This document shows, piece by piece, positions 63,847 to 64,000 of a DNA stretch of 64,000 nt. Position numbers and translations under genes: made by a program. The stretch spans positions 32,001 to 96,000 of IMG/VR virus record IMGVR_UViG_3300048861_000178. The stretch is one strand, 5' to 3'. Numbering within the stretch: position 1 is the first letter of the stretch; every line of letters begins with the position of its first letter. Source of the stretch: a virus (Duplodnaviria > Caudoviricetes). Under the pieces are notes generated by a model that saw only the letters and a list, made by a program, of their open reading frames with translations, made no database searches and was not told the origin of the DNA.

Positions 63847-64000
63847 AGCAGTTGGCTCAAGGGCTGGATAAGGGGTACACGAACTCGTTCCGCGAGTATT
63901 TCGAGAACTTCCTCTGGGCACGGGAAACCACCCCGGAAGTGAACCTGACGGACATCGGCTTTACGCTGACGCCGAAGGGGGCGATCGACATGCGTCACGG
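63843..64000 (+). CDS. hypothetical protein, 3'-partial
   Basis: GGAG RBS, ATGA overlap, open to the window end (MKQLAQGLDKGY...). Confidence 0.55.
   Translation, partial: MKQLAQGLDKGYTNSFREYFENFLWARETTPEVNLTDIGFTLTPKGAIDMRH

Noticed and set aside
63677-63871. 64-aa ORF from the ORF track
   Set aside because: The overlapping frame 63670-63846 has an RBS and a DUF1289-like motif and is preferred.
1-64000. CRISPR array, rRNA, IS/transposase, integrase
   Set aside because: No regularly spaced repeats or matching motifs seen; the UUCG hairpins are dispersed at gene ends.

Overview
This 64 kb window is best read as part of a phiKZ-like (Chimalliviridae-type) jumbo phage genome. Every credible gene is on the + strand. 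The host is probably a beta- or gammaproteobacterium (inference only). Layout: (1) 1-7.7 kb holds paralogous internal-head proteins and virion genes. (2) 7.8-26.4 kb is an 18-gene array of tail-fibre/adhesin-like paralogs. Thirteen genes belong to family A (12 carry a shared ~150-aa module, one carries only the C-terminal tip domain), five belong to a lectin-like family B, and LamG modules are shuffled among them. One gene carries eight tandem 17-aa repeats. TATG-type late promoters and long G-U-rich RNA hairpins punctuate the array. (3) 26.4-64 kb is an early/accessory region with TATAT(A/T)AC-type promoters. It encodes dTTP-supply enzymes (Tmk, a DHFR-Nudix-LysM fusion, ThyA), thioredoxin, a BCS1-like AAA ATPase, Thg1, nucleotidyltransferases, NADAR, GNAT and a complete YadA-type trimeric autotransporter. 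Top leads: an early protein with an N-terminal amphipathic helix and an FtsZ C-terminal-peptide mimic; a possible modular shaft/tip/scaffold fibre system; and a catalytically dead prohead-protease paralog plus two tail-tube-like paralogs lying outside the structural operons (possible decoys). All family assignments come from recognising motifs by eye and need HMM or structure confirmation. No tRNA, rRNA, CRISPR array or transposase was recognised.
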